Source: Narcine bancroftii
Taxonomy: Eukaryota
Assembly (NCBI RefSeq): GCF_036971445.1
Contig: NC_091476.1
Location: 102,548,001-102,612,000 of the forward strand
DNA: 64,000 nt
Direction of reading: 5' to 3'
Shown: positions 60,296-64,000 of the stretch, piece by piece
How the letters are laid out: each line of letters starts with the position of its first letter
How positions within the stretch are numbered: position 1 is the stretch's first letter
Notes under the pieces: generated by a model
What the model saw: the letters and a program-made list of their open reading frames with translations, nothing else
Told to the model about the DNA's origin: nothing
Database searches by the model: none
Program-made: the position numbers and the translations under genes

Positions 60296-60845
60296 AGATT
60301 GCTTGATGTTGGCTCATATCAATGTAATTGAAATCTTCAAATAGAAATTCAGAGAAAACATTTGCAGGGATTTGGGGGATGAAAGGCATCATGGGATTAA
60401 CTAGATTGCTCTTCTAAAATACTAGCACTGACATGATGGGGTGAATGGTGTCTTTATGTTGAAATGTTCCATGAGTCTGACCTTGTCATTTGCTCCCCTT
60501 TACCTGTCTTCCCAGCATTTTTTCTTCTGCTCTTTGCTCTTCATTCTCCTCATATCCCCTTCTTGTCCTTTCCTTAAACTTCCCCACCCTTTCTTTAACC
60601 ATCCCTCCTAATCCCTGCTCCTCCATATCTTCCTCTTTCTCTCCCCTCCTTCCCCTTTGGTCATGTCCACTCCTTCTCTCACCTTTCCTTCCCCTTCCTT
60701 GACCTCTCCATCAAGAGCACTCCCCTCTCCTCCGCTCCTCCAACACACTCTCACGTTGCCACATTTCTAAACATTGTTGTTTTTTGTTCAGAATGTTGTC
60801 TCTCAAGTTGATTCCCTTTTCTGATTTGCCATTTATGTTTTTCAG

Positions 60846-60896
60846 CCAATCAAAAGTGGACAACGAGACGTTTATGACAAACTGCAAAGACATTGA
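60846..60896 (+). CDS. CD3E: CD3E last coding exon (ITAM completion and stop)
   Basis: Acceptor tttatgtttttcag|; encodes PIKSGQRDVYDKLQRH*, compare human PIRKGQRDLYSGLNQRRI. ITAM is YAPI-x7-YDKL. Joined CDS 67+21+207+129+77+51 = 552 nt, 183 aa. Confidence 0.92.
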   Translation, partial: PIKSGQRDVYDKLQRH

Positions 60897-61598
60897 CAAC
60901 AAAGACAAAGAAATGGAATCTCTTTTTCTTTGCTCCTCACACTGAAACCATGCCCTTCACTGCATTTATACACTCCGAATACCTTCTTTCCCCCAATTTC
61001 CCTTTCCCTCTGCTCTTCTTCCTACATAGGCCCAAAACCTCCCTCTCTACTTTCACCTTATTTCCTCTTTATCAACCCTGACAAATCCAGCTCCAATAAT
61101 TTTTATTTACCTTGTTTTTTGAAGATATAATGATGTTTGAACTGCATTATCCATAGCAAGCTCCCTGCCATCTGATCTTTTGTTCCCATTTTCCTGCCAT
61201 TATGCATGTAGATCTTGCAATTAAAGACCTGACCACAAAATCACATTCCTATCACAATCCCTAATACTCTCATTCACCAGCTTCCTGAAGCCCACCCTCC
61301 CCCCCCCCCCCCATCCTTACCAACATTCCTGTAAACTCCTCCAGGCCCTCTCTGAGGCTTCAGTGCGGTGATGAGAATTGGATGCAGTTGAGGCCTGCCT
61401 GTTAATGTGCTTCATGTCTAAATTAAACAAAACGTTAAAAATGTTTTATAACAGTTTAGTATTACTTCCTTGCTTTGTGCTCCCTTTGTAAAGAAAGGAT
61501 TCCATTTTGTTTTTTTCATTAACAGCATTGTTTTGGCTCTCTCAAGTTCATTGTTTTCATCATGAGTTCAGATCAAGCCTGAGCCTAATTAGAATCTC

Positions 61599-61887
61599 TG
61601 TGGTGGTATACCACCGGGCTATTGCAGGGGGCAACCTCTGTACCTGCAGGAGTGTAAGACAGGACAGCACCTGGCTGGCTATCAATCAGTCAGCCTGAAT
61701 GGATCAAGCCCCACCCAGTCAGGTGTCAATCACCCTCCAGGATATAAGCCTGCGCCGGCCTCCCGAGGCCTCACACAGAGTTGCTGCAGCCACAGCCAGC
61801 CTGGCTCTGTGGAAGTCTTTGTGGATTAAAGCCTGTTGTACAGTCTTTACCTTGTGTATGTCTGATTCTGTCTAATAGTGCACCACA
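61599..61887 (+). mobile_element. Solo LTR (289 bp) with 5-bp TSD
   Basis: TGTGGTG...CACCACA inverted termini; ATCTC at 61594-61598 and 61888-61892; GATATAAG and ATTAAA inside. Confidence 0.88.
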
Positions 61888-63214
61888 ATCTCCAATGTTG
61901 TTATTGTACCCAGCTTCTTAATATGACCTTCATGCCCTTTATTCAAGAGTATTTCTCTTTCATTAGATTACATATCAAGATATATTTTTGTTTTTCTAGG
62001 TATCAGTGACAGATTCATTCAGTCATTTCCTCAAAGTTTTATAATTTTAATAAAGAACCAACTGTAAATTGTGTTTATTGTTGAGTGGTTATTTAAGTGT
62101 CGAGTGATGCATTTCTACCACAAGAGTAACTGCAGCCTTCTCCTCGTAGAATCCATGGACGTCAATTTGTTGATATCTTGGGTTCAGTATTGGGCAGAAG
62201 CTTGACATGGTGTCAAACTTGGAGACCTGTTGGCTTAGACCAGGAAAGGAAATACAATATATGTCAGCATATAAAGCCACAAGACATATAGACAACCCCC
62301 AGAATTTCCACTTAAAATGTAGGTTTTGAGCTGTACTCACTAATAAGACTGCCCTAAGTCTGGAACCTATCGCTGTGAGCTTACTGCCCCAGTAGTCTTT
62401 TACCAACTATCCCACTGACCAATGGAGTGATGCTGGTAAGCACATTACTAAGCAATACAATCTTGGTTATTTAAAATTTAGTTAATTAATTTCAAGTACT
62501 GTAATGGCAAAATACTGTCAATTACTGACCATAATATGCATCAAATGTTCCTAGCTGGTGTAATAAAAAACACTAGAGATGTCACATAAACGTTGGTTCT
62601 TTTACAAGAACAAACATCTGCTATTGCAAATAGCATTTGTTTTGTTAGTTTAGTTTAGTATGTTTGACTGGTTAAGAATAGGTTTTTATAATTTTAATAT
62701 AATATTACTATTAACCCAGATTCCCAAACATAAATTTTAATAGAAAAATATTTATTGATAGGACTGTTTTATGCTGTTCTCCATTGCCATGGGGGATACC
62801 CTAAAGCACACGATATTAAGGTTTGGATTTTATCCTTGGTGGAAAGACGACTCCTGTTTTTGGGGTAACATTTTTAAGGTTCATTCCATCTTATACACCA
62901 ACATATATGGTAAGTGCATTACCTTCTGATCCATCAGGGACCCCCATGTATGAACAGTGACAGGGCAGTCTCTACTCTTCTGTTGGATACGGTCATGAAA
63001 CTCGGAATCATTCAGGGCAAGCCAGTTCACTGAATCCTGATCCTGATAGTTTCCACTTCACTGCATGCACATTGTATCTGCTCTGCAGGTTATCCAGTCC
63101 TTGCAGGCTTCTGTGGAAGCATCCCTCAAACCATCAGAGAGACAGCAGAAGCTTTTTGTCTTGTTGTCATTACTCTGAATTATGGTGTTCAGGGACACTC
63201 GTAGCCCAGGGATT

Positions 63215-63550
63215 ACAAGAGATAGGAGCAGATGGCCCATCGACTCTCTTCTGCCATTTCATTTATCCTCCCACTCAGCCGCACTCTCTGGTCTTCTCCT
63301 CATATCCTTTGATGCCCTGACTAATCAAATACCTGTCAATCTTTGCCTTAAGTAAGGGCAATGACCTCACTTCCACTGCCATCTGTGGCAATAAATTCCA
63401 CAGACTCATAACCTTCTGATTCAAGAAATTTCTCCATAGCTGTGTTTTAAATTGATGCCCTTTTATCCTGAAATTGTACCCACTTGTCCAAGACTTCCCT
63501 ACCATAGGAAACAACCTTGGCATATCTTCTCTGCCCAGGCCTTTCAGCAT
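63215..63550 (-). mobile_element. CR1 LINE 3' fragment
   Basis: ORF 63275-63550 (MLKGLGREDMPRLFPMVGKSWTSGYNFRIKG...WNLLPQ) is the CR1 ORF2 end. Confidence 0.8.
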
Positions 63551-63552
63551 TC

Positions 63553-64000
63553 AATTTATGAGCATTTGGAGAAGTACAGTATTCTCAGGGCTAGACAGCA
63601 CAGCTTTATGAGGGGAACATTGTGCCTCATGAGTGTAATTGAGTTTTATGAGGATGTTGCAAAATAAATTGGTGAAGGTAGGGTAGTAGATGTGAAATAT
63701 ATGGATTTTAGTAAGGCATTTGACAAGGTCCCCCATGAGACACTCATTCGGAAAATTATGAGCCATGCAACCTTGGCTGTGTGGATTAACAACTGGCTTG
63801 CCTGTAGAAAATAGAGAGTGGTATTGGACAGAAAGTTTTCTGCCTGGAGATCAGTGACTAGTGTAGAACTATAAGGATCTGTTCTGGGACCACTGCTCTT
63901 TGTGATTTTTATGAATGATCTAGATGAAGAAGCAGAAAGATGGATCAGTACGTTTGTGGATAATATGAAGATTGGAGGAGTTGTGGATAGTGCTGAAGGT
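63553..64000 (+). mobile_element. CR1 LINE RT fragment running off the window
   Basis: IYEHLEKYSILRARQHSFMRG...DFSKAFDKVPH...GSVLGPLLFVIFMNDLD...FVDNMKIGG. Confidence 0.88.

Noticed and set aside
53692-60896. Alternative identity as CD3 gamma/delta
   Set aside because: The microexon, TTVILVCP, the proline-rich segment and PIKSGQRDVY all match CD3E, as does the position next to MPZL2.

Overview
Vertebrate genomic DNA, most likely a cartilaginous fish (shark or ray), judging from V-SINE/HE1-like and Deu-domain SINEs, abundant Penelope-like, CR1, L1 and Tx1 elements, and protein divergence. Manual splicing recovers the immunoglobulin-superfamily cluster in the same order and orientation as human 11q23. 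It comprises the first two exons of MPZL3 (- strand, rest lies left of the window), a complete MPZL2/EVA1 (- strand, 5 coding exons, 229 aa, plus a probable 3'UTR-only exon) and a complete, divergently transcribed CD3E (+ strand, 6 coding exons including a 21-nt microexon, 183 aa, intact ITAM). The rest is mostly transposon-derived: a decayed Ty3/Gypsy element, a Penelope-like element split by a CR1 fragment and a near full-length L1, several solo LTRs with target-site duplications, hAT-type MITEs and nested Tx1 fragments. The most unusual items are a 2.5-kb stepwise-evolving G-rich minisatellite whose units match the NF-kB site consensus, a CRE/AGGTCA minisatellite at the MPZL3 promoter, a CD3E tail lacking the PxxDY/NPDY motif, dispersed minimal hammerhead-ribozyme motifs, and a 127-bp near-perfect inverted repeat. 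No prokaryotic-type system or CRISPR array is present. All calls come from reading the sequence and recalled family motifs, with no database search. Repeat boundaries without a TSD are approximate.
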